Below are positions 53,208 to 64,000 of a stretch of DNA of 64,000 bases, one piece after another. The notes beneath the pieces were generated by a model. It was not told where the DNA came from, searched no databases, and saw only the letters and a list, made by a program, of their open reading frames with translations. Within the stretch, counting starts at the first letter, position 1; each line of letters begins with the position of its first letter. The DNA is from Phoronis australis (Eukaryota > Animalia > Phoronida): positions 722,010 to 786,009 of the forward strand of contig NMRA01000105.1 of NCBI GenBank assembly GCA_002633005.1, in the 5' to 3' direction. A program made the translations under genes and the position numbers.

Positions 53208-53337
53208 CAGGCAGAGAAGCACAGATGAGGAAGAGCATGTTGGCAGTCTTCTCCAGGTTCTGCATCACCGACATGTAGTGCAGAAGGAATTGTTTATTGT
53301 CCTGCTCAGCCAACAGATGGCGCGCTGACGTGGAAAC
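53208..53337 (-). CDS. Multi-Tudor gene, coding exon 2
   Basis: VSTSARHLLAEQDNKQFLLHYMSVMQNLEKTANMLFLICASLP. AG / GTAATG, phase 0-1. Confidence 0.75.
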
Positions 53338-53477
53338 CTATGGAGGGAACAAAACCAACATACATTACCAGAATATCAATAACCTAGTCTCCTGCACTCA
53401 TTTCATGTGTGCTATAGTTTGCAAAACAGCACTGTAAACTTATATGTAAATATTAAACCAGTGTGGAGAGATAGATA

Positions 53478-53579
53478 ACAAACATTTTAAGTCTCGTCTG
53501 CATGCCACCTGTTGGCCACATCATTAGGTCACGTGGTGTGCCCAATAGGTGGCGTGCAGACCAGACTTAAAATGTTTGT
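53478..53579. mobile_element. Hairpin made of two inverted SINE family-B tails
   Basis: acaaacattttaagtctcgtctgcatgccacctgttgg / ccaataggtggcgtgcagaccagacttaaaatgtttgt. Same tail occurs at ~14323, 26331, 39293 and 61449. Confidence 0.75.
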
Positions 53580-54471
53580 GAGCAGTGAGTGTAAACTAAG
53601 AATCCTCTTACTTCATTCTCAACTTCAATATTCCACTAGCTTTAACCAAAGCCACAATGTTTATACTATCAGGAGAATGAAGCAAATCATCATTCACTCA
53701 GACGGACAAGAAAAATTGGTCTCTCCTTTCGAATGGATTGTGTTCATCACCATGGGTTTTTTTCCGTGATAACCATTCCACATGACGACCTGCATACATG
53801 CATTTCTACAGGTACGACCATTGTTACACTAATGCCCCCTAATGAATATTGACTTGCTCATTAAATACAGGCACAATGGTCGGTGTTACTGAAATCACTC
53901 TACTCATAATCAAAGTGCCACCAATAAAGTGCCACATTGATCAAACCATTCTGCTGCCTAAAATACAGTTACAGAGCATAGTCCTAGGATTTGAACGAGA
54001 TTGATAATGAATTATTAGGAAAGAGGAGGTCTTATGAGTGGTAAAGATTCTTTGTCTAAAGGACATGACTGGCTCGTACTCAGCACCAAGTTTTCTCTCG
54101 AGACGAGTGACTGGAGTTTTGCTCATTATGGTCAGGAACGATCAACCTTGGCTGGTGTCAGCCCTTGTAATTTTGCGCCTGATACCTCAGCGGGAGACAG
54201 TTAATATGCATCTCAGATGTCCAATTTGGTTGCGGAAATATCTTTCAGCAACTTCGCATGGAAAAATTTGCTCAAATATGAGAGGAGTTACATTAATGTG
54301 AGGAGTGAAAGTCACAGAATTAGCACGAAGCCTTCTGCTAGTAAACTGCTTCACGGAGAAACTTGACATCCCAGAAACTGCTAACTCAAAAAAAATCTTT
54401 TGGCCTCAGGAGAAAACTTGGCTATAGAAAATCACTTCCACCTCCAAAGTGAAGGAGTGCATGTTGTTTAC

Positions 54472-54588
54472 CTCTTGAACAATGCCATCTATGGAGTCTG
54501 TAATGGATACTCTCTGTTCTTCAATAAACTGTAGTTTCTCTGCCAGGTGTCGCCGTCCCTGCTCCACGACATTAAGTCGCTTACTCAT
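54472..54588 (-). CDS. Multi-Tudor gene, probable first coding exon (coiled-coil-like N-terminus)
   Basis: Acceptor at 54599-54600, ATG at 54588, MSKRLNVVEQGRRHLAEKLQFIEEQRVSITDSIDGIVQE|GTAAAC. An upstream coding exon cannot be excluded. Confidence 0.7.
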
Positions 54589-55618
54589 GACTGTGAGTCT
54601 GTACAAAAATCACTGGAACATGAGATTTGAGGAAAACTATCTATTGTTGTCTAAACCAGCCAGCTTTAACTAGAACACATTTTGCTACAAACATGTTAGT
54701 CGCAGTGTGGTTCGTTTCGACAAGGGAAAACCATATGAATTCTGTAACTGTTTGTCGTAACATCAAATAAAAGAAAATGATAATTTTAGTGACCAAGAAC
54801 AACACTAAAGCAAAAACACCATTTTAAAGTCAAAAACAGCCTTGTGTTTTAAGTGCTCCAATGACAATCACTTTGGATTCAAGACTTTGGTCGGCCATTG
54901 GTACAAATGCAACCTAGGAAAGCATACATCCCAAAACTGAAATTTGCACAAACTGTTGGGAGTGGCAAGCTTCCAACAGGCCAGTAAGGTTGCCTGGATG
55001 GGCCTCTGCGGATTGTGAGAAATGTGCAATTTATCGGTCATTTAACCTATCAGCAAGGGGTACTACAGTAGTCTTTGATATCAGTTTCAAAAGTGCAATT
55101 TTGAACATTTTTCTAAGTCCCAAGAAATGCAGAAATGTGCCATTTATGGGCTATTTGTGGTGGTTTCTGGACATCTTCTGTAAAGTGCAGTGTTGCCAAA
55201 CCATAAGTAACGATCGCCAGAGCCGCGTAATAAGTCAACCAGGGGATATGACGTCATACTACCTGCTACGTGCAGTGTTATACTCGCCAGTTTCCGAATT
55301 TTGGAAACTGAGCGAAGGACTGCTCGAAGAAAAAGTTTGATAACGGGTACATTAGTTCGAGTTGGAAGGAATTAAAGACATCAACGGCTTCCTAAGGTGA
55401 CCGTCTATGTGCAAAGGGTACTTATAACAACGTGATTTTGATTTTTAATCAGTGTGAGACTGTGAGGCATAATTCACTGAAAAGCTTCCAGTGTATGAAG
55501 TGCTTAGAGGAGCTTCATCGTCTGTACTGCAGTTCAACAAGAGGCGGCGCTAAATGTAATGTAGCCCGACACAGACACAACACTGGGCAAATGAGGAGCC
55601 CAGTGTGTCCCAAGTATG

Positions 55619-55780
55619 CAGTGGCGGATTTAGAGGGCGGCCAAAAGGAGGCCATGGCCACCCCTAAAATTTGCCAAGATTCCATTGGGCAGTTCGGAGG
55701 TGCAAATGTCTGACAGGCAAAATCCTGGCTAATACACTGCCCTGCCCCCCCCCCAACTCAAAATTCTGGATCCACCCCTT
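55619..55780. mobile_element. CAGTGGCGGAT-ended MITE with 5-bp TSD (GTATG), copy 2
   Basis: Homologous to 8407-8567 and flanked by GTATG on both sides. Confidence 0.8.
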
Positions 55781-56505
55781 GTATGGTACTGATGTTGAGA
55801 CCCCTGAGCACCTGTTGGAGTCATGCCAGGCTAAGGAGCAACTTACGACGGGATAGCATTGCTACATGCCTACATATAATGGTGCATGAGCAACAAATGG
55901 AAAAGTCTACCTCTCTGTCAAGCATACTCGAAAACGTCCTTCACTTCACGAAGAACCTGTTGTCTTTTGCTGATCCATAATAACGGGGATCACGTGTTTT
56001 TAGCTCATGTGTTAAGTGCAACAGGCCCAACCATGAGGCCTGCTCACAGTCGATGCACATTAGTGATTAGACCACCTGCACTCTTTTTTATCTGTTTCCG
56101 CCGAGGTCTACAGGGACGAAAACAAAAAAAATGGCTATTCCCTTGGCCTTGGATTTTCTTCTTGCCTTGATTTAAGTGACCACACTCTCCAGAGTATTAT
56201 GACTATTATGTCATTGCATAACAATGAAGATCAACAAAAACGAGAACAACAGCTTTGCTTATTGCTTTGGTTAACATGGGGACCCGAAACTTGTGGATTT
56301 GCCAGTGCAGAATATTCGAATATTTCAAGTGAACAGTGCAACATTTACCAACCTGGCTTCATCTGTCCACAAGAACATGTGTACCTGTAAATAAACTGTT
56401 ATGCACATGCGCGATATTTGGATTTGTAAAACAGGACATCTATCGGGAAAACGAAGTAAAGCCATGAGGTTACAGCAAGGTAACTAATGTTTCCTACTAG
56501 AGCTG

Positions 56506-56747
56506 GGGCCCAGGCGTTCGAAGAAACCGAATTAAGTTCATTTCTTACTTAAGTTTAAGATTTTCTCAATTTCCAAACTTCTAAATCCGGGAAGATAGTC
56601 AAAAATTAAGATAAAACTTGAGTCAAAACTTAAGTCAAACTAAGATCTTTTTTTAAAACGCACTTGAGCGGACCGCTAGGCAATAACTAGAGACATCAGA
56701 CTAATCTTCTCTGGCTACGGAGCCCGCAGTTTTATTGGAACGGGTCC
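56506..56747. mobile_element. Harbinger-type MITE (cttaag-rich), degenerate copy
   Basis: Homologous to 60135-60382. Ends gggccc..cgttcgaa / ttggaacgggtcc, flanked by CTG/CAG. Confidence 0.65.
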
Positions 56748-56757
56748 CAGGACTCAC

Positions 56758-56890
56758 AATCTAGAGCACCCCGGCCAACCCGCGATCGAGAACACCCGGA
56801 AGGCGATCGAAAACGAGACCTTGCACCAAAATTTTAATGGCAGAGGACATTGACGTAGCCGGTGCTCCGAAAATCAGCCTGGTTGTGAGT
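56758..56890. promoter_or_regulatory. CpG-enriched candidate promoter / non-coding first exon of the Tudor gene
   Basis: Local CpG cluster ~2.2 kb upstream of the start codon. Minus-strand donor GTGAGT at 56752-56757 and plus-strand donor GTGAGT at 56885. Confidence 0.4.
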
Positions 56891-57139
56891 GAGGGCATAC
56901 CATTAGAGTATTTTAAGTTTTGTATATTGCTTTTCATCCACGTTTCGTCATTGTTCTTTAATACAATATTAGATACTAAGACGATCCGGAAAATTACTGT
57001 GAAATACTCTTCCGCAAATGGGGGGAGTATTTGCTAAGGTATTACATAACAGACTGAATGAATAGTCAAATACAAATGAGATTGCAACAGTTGACAATTA
57101 TGTTTATATCAAACACTCATTAATAAATACTAAATATAT

Positions 57140-57620
57140 TTTTAGACTGAGAGGCAGATTTTTTACTTTGTTTATAGATTTTAAATGATCTGCCACTGGC
57201 GTGAGGGTCTAAAGTACAAAATGATAAAGTATGGTTTTAAAGGCAAAATGCTCAGAGTCTTACAAAATATGCATGAAAATGTGAAATCCTGTGTACAAAT
57301 TATAAAGGTTATTCAACAGAGTATTCGAAATGTTCAATTGTCGCTGTTTTTCTTTTTACATCATCTAAATATTCTGGAGCCAGAATTGAAAACTCTGATG
57401 ATTCTCCCGTAAAGATGTTGGCCTATTAAATTTATACATGTTGTTCGCTTGCGATCTAGTCATGTTTCCTAAATATGCAATCTCGGTGCAGTTAGAAAGG
57501 TACTGCCAAAAAGGAAATTGACACTCATTATGAGCAAAATTAACTTAGATAATAATATTTAGAGAGCATGTTCATGCATCTGCAACCACACGAAAATTGC
57601 TTTCAAATGGAAACAAAGTA
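57140..57620 (+). pseudogene. Decayed CR1/L2-like reverse transcriptase fragment
   Basis: WREGLKYKMIKYGFKGKMLRVLQNMHENVKSCV matches the region after the KAFD motif of non-LTR RTs. Remainder heavily broken. Confidence 0.65.
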
Positions 57621-59060
57621 AAGGGAATATGATTAACCAATAGTTATTTATGTATACAGTTTACAATCACATGTATCAGTATGGCACGGTAGCAGCCCTT
57701 CGTTAACACAAACTTCGTTGAAACCTCGACTGGGCTTTTTGTTCGGCGGCTTAATACAGTCTCGCTCGTTGTGTCTAAACAATCTCCTTTCTCCAGGCGT
57801 GCAGCTGTGAAGCAAAACACCGAGAGACATAAACAAATACATTAAAACACTAGCTATAATATTTCAAGGCCACGTGTATCATCAGGCAATGAGTGAAATG
57901 CACATAGCGAAATAAACAGTGAAATACACATTGACTGAGGAAGAGGAGCATACAAGCGGACAGTGTGAATGTATCACGTGGTAGGAAGCCCAGGAACCTA
58001 ATCACAGGTATCTGGATAATTGCTGAAAAGAATTTAGCCGAAAAGCTTGCAAATCATTATTTGTGCTGAGACACACGAGAACCTCGTCCTTTGCGCCAGT
58101 TACACTTTGGTTGAAATAGTCCACGCTTAGACATCACCAATTCTCAAGAACACTTGTGAGACATGGGTTTTTCATGTAGGAAAGGAAATAGAATTGGAGC
58201 ACAACATATACTGTAAAAATTTGTCAGGTTTTCTTACACATACACCCAACTCAATGACCGCGACATCCAATATGGCCGCTACATCCATTATGGCCGCTGG
58301 TAGGGAATTAAGCAGATCGCAAATGTAAGTTAATTAGTACGGTAAAGTCGCGCGATTTTCGGACACTGAAAATTAATTCCAATTGAAAAATTCATTGTTG
58401 GACGAATCTCGCGAAACATCATTTTTGTGGTGTCCGAAATTGGCGGACTAATCGCAGAGAATGGCAGGGATAGCTTGGTTTAAAGACAAAATACTTGTTG
58501 TGCTCAATTTGGTTTGAGGTTGTATCCAAGGAGTAGCTGACGAGGACACTTTTAAATGAAATTAGAAATATATGTGTAAAGATATGGAATACCAACATGA
58601 GGAATATTGATTGTTGTCTCAGAGTAGTCTTGGTAAAAAAGTTGTTCAAAAACGACCTTGCCAGTATTGAAGTATTGTGTTAATCTCTTGTTCACATATC
58701 TAGCTCGTGAAGATTAAATACTTTTAAATATTTTTTCATCTAATTTCAACAACCGGTAGAAGAACATGCACTAAAATGTTTACAAATGATGTGTATTTGT
58801 TGTGACTTGAATGCTGAGGAAAAAATCGACTTTGACTTGCGTACCCTTTGTATAACGATCTCTGCCTGTGATTTTTGACACCTATTAGAAATATAGTAGA
58901 TGGTATATGACCAATTATGAACATTTCAGCTAGACGTACCAAGTTAAATTTTACATTGTGGAGAAAAACAACTGTCCCCATCTAGATGATCATTTACATG
59001 AAGCTGAGTGAATCACAGTCTTCGTCAATTAAAAGTCGATTGTAGTTTTGTAAATATAAT

Positions 59061-59207
59061 CACGGGCAGCGCAGCACTGAAATAAGCGGGGGGCTATAGC
59101 CCCCAGACCCCTGTGGTGCACCGCATATAGACCATGGGTGACGCAGCACTGAAAAACATTGGGGGGGTACAGCCCCCCTCCCGGCTCCCTATGGTGTGCC
59201 ACCCATG
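59061..59207. mobile_element. Head-to-tail dimeric mini-MITE with 5-bp TSD (ATAAT)
   Basis: Two related ~73-bp units (ca(c/t)ggg..cgcagcactgaaa..gggggg..cccc..tggtg). ATAAT at 59056-59060 and 59208-59212. Confidence 0.7.
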
Positions 59208-59939
59208 ATAATGAAAACGAACTGTATGAATAAGTTAAGAAACTTGTGTGAATTTTTATTAAAGATTTAAAAATGATGTAAATCTATTGACAATCTTTAA
59301 AATTTGTGCACATGAGTACATAATTGTTTATGTGTTTGTAGTGTTAGACAATGTCCTTACTATATTAAATATAATTGAATATAGGTTGTTACCGATTAGT
59401 AATCAAAGAATTCTGAGCGGCGTGTTGAGTCTGTGTCTTTGTATGTCATCCGGGCATAATGGGCTCAGTTCCGTAAATGCAATGACCTCGTGAAGGAAGC
59501 TGGTGCGATCACGGGCTTCGCTTACAATACATGGCGATATCTCGTGTCAAAAATCGTGCGTGATTGCGTTTTCGCAATGTTTTTGCGTCAACGGAATCCA
59601 CGCCTGGTCAACATATCCAGTGCTTTAGACATATCTTCGCATTTTTTGTTGCAGGGAAATAAGTGTTCGTTAAGTAGGTAAAAATGAAGACGGTTAGTAG
59701 CAAAGCATTGACAAATTAGACAAAAAAGTTCAATATGGTGCCAGCGCTTCGGTTGCTGCGTCATGGAAGTAACTTTAAAAAAATACCGTTTCCAACAAAA
59801 CAGTTTATTCGAACAAATTTGAAAATAAATGAAACAATAAAACAAAGCGAACAATGTTATAAAAGAACACATTAAAAGTATCCAGACAGACTCATCGTCC
59901 CTACAGCTCGTATTGGGTGATGTCCCTCACTGATGTGAG

Positions 59940-59981
59940 TCATTTATAATTCTTGTCGAAAAAGCGTTTCCCGAAATCACC
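59940..59981 (-). CDS. TOG/HEAT-repeat gene, probable terminal exon
   Basis: tttgtttcAG|GDFGKRFFDKNYK*. Phase 0 fits the previous exon. Confidence 0.6.
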   Translation of the reverse strand, partial: GDFGKRFFDKNYK

Positions 59982-60134
59982 CTGAAACAAAGAAAGGACG
60001 TGTAACTAAATGTAATTCCAACTGAATGACAATTTCGCTATAATTCCTATTAGCAGTTGCCAAGTCTAGAAATACAAGATTCGATTTGTTTAATTTGAAG
60101 TCAACAATTTTCAGCTGAAGAAGTTGAAGAAAAG

Positions 60135-60382
60135 GGGCCTGTTCCAAGAAACTGACTTAAGTTCATTTTTGACTTAAGTCTAAGATTTGTCTTAAATTCC
60201 AAACTTTGAAACTTCCACATTTGGTAAGTTAGTAAAAATTAAGACAAAACTTATGTCGAACACTTAAATCAAACTTAAAATCTCTATTTTGAATTGGTTT
60301 TCAGACAACTTTAACTTATATTTTAAAATTTACTAAAATGTAAGATTTGTCTTAGCTCAGTCAGTTTTGTTGGAACGGGCCC
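60135..60382. mobile_element. Harbinger-type MITE with 3-bp TSD (AAG)
   Basis: TIR GGGCCTGTTCCAA / TTGGAACGGGCCC, with AAG on both flanks. Confidence 0.8.
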
Positions 60383-61245
60383 AAGGTCTGCGCACGACTC
60401 CTTTTGAAAACTTCTGGCATCAGGTGGCGCTGGGTAAAGGCCGGTAATTTTCGCTAACAGGGGTCCAGACCGATTTCCAGTCACTAGGTGTCGAGACCGC
60501 CTCCCCACGAGTTGGCTCATCAAGAATTTCCAAACAATATTTTGTAGAAATGGGGACGAAAGTATTAGAATAGACAAATTTGATCTACTAAGTCACCAAA
60601 ATGATGCATTTCTTCAATTTTTGCTCAGATGCTTCAGAACTAGGTACGTACGCCTAATCGTCATAAATCAGTCACTTGATTTTTGTTCAAACGTTTCCCA
60701 CATGCTCAGCATCATACATCGGGCCTAAATGTACGCATGTATAAGGTGCACTACTGTATGCCCCCTGTTGGCGATCGGGGTGAAGCTTATGAAATGAGCC
60801 AATTTGGAGGCACTTTGTAATGGCGAAAATAGGGACCAAACGCGAAAATTGAAATGAGTTTCGACCATAGGGTGCGGGCATAGCTGGGTTCTGAAACACA
60901 TGGTTACGCTAGTGACTGTGACTTATGAGTACAATTCAGTGAGAGAGACAACAGAATGACCTAATTAAAGAGACGCGTCCCCTGTTTGATTTTTGAAACC
61001 GTGGCGTCATAATTTCTCAAGGCATCCACGTGAGGAAATCCCGTTCTTCAGTTATTCACAAGAGCAGGCACCTGTCCCTGTTCCGGTAGCTGATTTTTTT
61101 CTGGAAAAAATGTTATGTAATTCTCGGCACTTATCACATCACAAAAGTTGACGATACCCTGCCAGTTTTTCATTTATCGTATAACATCTCTCCTATACTA
61201 ACGGAATGTCCGATTTGATTAACCTCCCCAGGCGACTACTGTTAC

Positions 61246-61381
61246 CTCCAGCGTTGCCTTCTCAACATCCTCCACAGCGTTTTGCACGACAAGCAGGTCG
61301 GCTCCTCTGTATAAGGACTTTACAGTGTACTGAAACTCTTTCCGCTTAGTCAGCATTTGTATCAAAATCTTCCCATGATGC
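61246..61381 (-). CDS. TOG/HEAT-repeat (TOGARAM/crescerin-like) gene exon
   Basis: HHGKILIQMLTKRKEFQYTVKSLYRGADLLVVQNAVEDVEKATLE. AG/GT, phase 2-0. Confidence 0.8.
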
Positions 61382-61696
61382 CTGAAATAACTTTTCAGTT
61401 TCAAACTAGCATTCGTGGATCGCATTGCCGGGTGAGATAAGTTGTTCTCAAACATTTTTAAGTCTGGTCTGCTCACTGCTTGTTGGCCACATCATGTGAC
61501 CTTAAAAAGTCTGAAAAGATTTTTGCACCGACGACCGGCTGGACTCGAACTGGGACATGATTATAGAGATAAGTATTCACAACTACACAAATCGAGAAAA
61601 TTCATTAAATTAAATTCCTGTAAATAATAAACCAACATGTCATCACTTGAGAACGACTCAAAGACTCTTCCTTCTATGCGACTGCTGCATGATTAC

Positions 61697-61852
61697 CGTA
61701 TTTCACGCGAATCGTCTTGGACCGAGACCAGCACCAGGTCAAGAACTTTCTTTGCCATCTTTCTTGCGGCCAATACTTTTGACACTCCAATTGCATCCAC
61801 CATGTGAATGACTAGTTTAGCTGTCAGACACCGCACTCGGGGGCTCCAATGC
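61697..61852 (-). CDS. TOG/HEAT-repeat (TOGARAM/crescerin-like) gene exon
   Basis: HWSPRVRCLTAKLVIHMVDAIGVSKVLAARKMAKKVLDLVLVSVQDDSREIR: HEAT turns H-x-x-x-x-VR and D-x-x-x-E-x-R as in TOG/CLASP_N domains. Phase 2-2. Confidence 0.85.
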
Positions 61853-63364
61853 CTATAAAAATACCTATTTTTACACAAACGATGTCATTAACACCAATTT
61901 GTACAGTAGCAGGGCAGCAGCGCCTATGTTAAGGGGATCGGATGAAATTATTTTTTCCGTGACCCGTGCGGCATTTTGGGGTGCAACTCGCGTTTTTCAT
62001 ATCCCAGAACCGTGGATTGTGTACGCTTAGCCGCCAAATTAGTCCAAATCTGACAACATGAACTCAGGGTGAGCAGGGTGAGGGGACAACCAGGGGAGGA
62101 AAAGAAAAGAATCTGTCATGACCTATAAAGTTTGAAAAATGCGAATCATGAAATCAATTATGTTACATGAGTGAACCATGACGCGACCCATCGACCCTTC
62201 TCTACTCATGTAAAGCTCCAACGAAAAAACCCGACGATATGGAAAGAGAACCCATTAAAGGTCACCCCAGACGGGGACCTACGAGCTCTGTTCAAGTGAC
62301 AATTCAGTTGCCGAGCTGACGCCAAGGCGTAAAATACGAGGAGGAAAGGTAACCTTTGTTTAAAACGCACCAAGTCTAACGAACATACACAGCGGAAAGG
62401 TCTTTTCACTGTCAAAATGCCACAATGTGAAAATTGTTGCGAAAAAAGCACCTCCTCGTAGCGTCAGGTGGTCAGTCACATTACGACCCCTTATTGTTCT
62501 GACCTTGACGGGGGTGTCAGGTCAGCTGTCATTCATTTGAGGAAGACAACACATCTCGCAGCTTTCCGCCGTCTGCGGTGTCCATTGGCTCACATCCCTC
62601 GATTGGTATGAGGGTTTACACGCGTTCAAGTGGCATAGAACGTGAAAAACAGACTAAACTGCAATGTTCAAAGTGGTTGGCTCAGGCTGACATTGAAACA
62701 GAAATCAAACTGTTCACCACGTATATTATGGTTTCTTCGTAAAGACTCTGAATTTCTGTTGATGTCAAAGCATTCATCCTTCAAATCTCGAATAACGCCC
62801 TGTCGACTGCTCGTCATTTCGTCGATTTTTTCTCCCACACGGCAAAACATACCTCCTTAAATAGCACTTTTCCCTCATGTGACCTTTTGACCTTTGATGT
62901 AAGCTAACAATAGCGACTACAAGCCGCAGCCAGTCCAACTTGAGCACACTCCATATATATTATTAGAATTTGAAAAAATTGTATTGATTGGGATGAGAGG
63001 GGTTTTATTTCGTCTGTGTCACAAAAACAGCGCGTCTACCAATTGTTTCTGGAAAGTCTTGCAATATTCATGGTGAATAACGCTCATGTTAGCATCCCCC
63101 AAAAAGTAGATTCGCCACGATCTGTTTAAAAGCTATTTTTACGAGTTTTTACGTTCCATGCCTCTTCAAGAAAAAGAAATCGTAAAGAAAGCCTAAGTGA
63201 GCCATGAGTTGACCTCATTTGCATTCGAGACGCATAGATCGCTCCGTCAGCGGTGGCCATAACTTTGGCCATGAATATTCAATAGCAATTTTACTACAGA
63301 CGAAAATGATACTTACGCTGACATTTTCAACGAACAAATAAAAATGCCAGTACGAAATACGTAC

Positions 63365-63516
63365 GTGTTCCCACATGTTATTAACACAGTCAGAAACTGC
63401 TCCTTCGGCTTCACGTGTTTTGCCAAGGAATATAGAGCTACCTTGACGTCGAGGCTCATCGCGTCACTTTGCGTCACCAGTCTATTCATCAATGCACGAC
63501 ACAGCGTCTTGTAAGA
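63365..63516 (-). CDS. TOG/HEAT-repeat gene exon (upstream exons lie beyond the window)
   Basis: SYKTLCRALMNRLVTQSDAMSLDVKVALYSLAKHVKPKEQFLTVLITCGNT. ttccAG / GTACGT, phase 0-2 joins in frame to HWSPRVR. Confidence 0.8.
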
Positions 63517-63540
63517 CTGGAAATAATAAAACAAAGCCAG

Positions 63541-63678
63541 GCGTGTGTTCAGTAATGCTAGGACCTAGCTGAAATCTACCCAAAGTTACGTGTTCGCATT
63601 TAAAATACACGGCAATATCTCACGTAATCTCGTTAAGTCTTACTTTTTAGCCAGGTCCTAGCGTTACTGAACGGGAGC
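63541..63678. mobile_element. Palindromic Harbinger-type MITE with CAG TSD
   Basis: gttcagtaatgctaggacctagct / agccaggtcctagcgttactgaac arms. CAG at 63538-63540 and 63679-63681. Confidence 0.75.
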
Positions 63679-64000
63679 CAGGGTTACAAGTTGTCTGTTA
63701 GCTACGACTTTGCCCGGGATTTTCTCGACGAAGGACTTTTTTTCATTGTAGTGGCGCCGCAGTGGGCTATTTTGGTCGGTTAAGAAGAGGAACGATCAGA
63801 CTGGTGGGAGTACTGGCCGACCGGACTCACGCGCCTACTTGGGCTCGGAGATGCTAGTTAGATATTTAGGTGGCATGGTGCACATAAGAGATGAAGCTGA
63901 GCATATGAAAAGTTAGCATTTTTGTAGTACACCCTACGACTGAACCACCAGAAAGTCGTTTGGAATCATCATGTTCGTTAGATTGGTAAAATATATTTAG

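Noticed and set aside
53941-54369. Overlapping short ORFs in Tudor intron 1
   Set aside because: No recognisable motif, stops interrupt the frames, and they are not needed for exon phase continuity.
31116-54588. Assigning a gene symbol (TDRD1, RNF17, krimp)
   Set aside because: No MYND, RING, LOTUS or CCCH domain is visible in the window. Orthology needs a search.
63316-63364. Longer exon ending at the GTAAGT donor near 63316
   Set aside because: The GTACGT donor at 63364 gives a better HEAT-repeat junction (ITCGNT-HWSPRVR).

Overview
AT-rich, repeat-dense eukaryotic DNA from an invertebrate animal; the repeat families suggest a marine invertebrate (inference only). There is one assembly gap at 40009-40594. 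Two spliced host genes lie on the minus strand. The first is the 3' end of a TOG/HEAT-repeat (TOGARAM/crescerin-like) gene at 59940-63516. The second is a large multi-Tudor gene: 11 phase-consistent coding exons at 31116-54588, about 1,298 codons, with two extended Tudor domains and a WDPM motif suggestive of a Krimper-like piRNA factor; its 3' exons are not resolved. The rest is mostly mobile DNA. A complete but decayed 5.8-kb PIF/Harbinger transposon (transposase plus Myb/SANT gene, TAA TSD) is inserted in the last codons of a Penelope GIY-YIG ORF, separating that ORF from its hammerhead-bearing end. There are also piggyBac, THAP and CR1/L2-like relics, Helentron-type elements and many MITEs. 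The most unusual feature is a 384-bp element at 10928-11311. It has a tRNA-derived head, two inverted arms each carrying a minimal hammerhead motif, a 37-bp tail on one side only and a ~13-bp TSD, so it is a candidate SINE mobilised by Penelope-like elements. A second tRNA-SINE family in the window shows the same tail-out inverted geometry.
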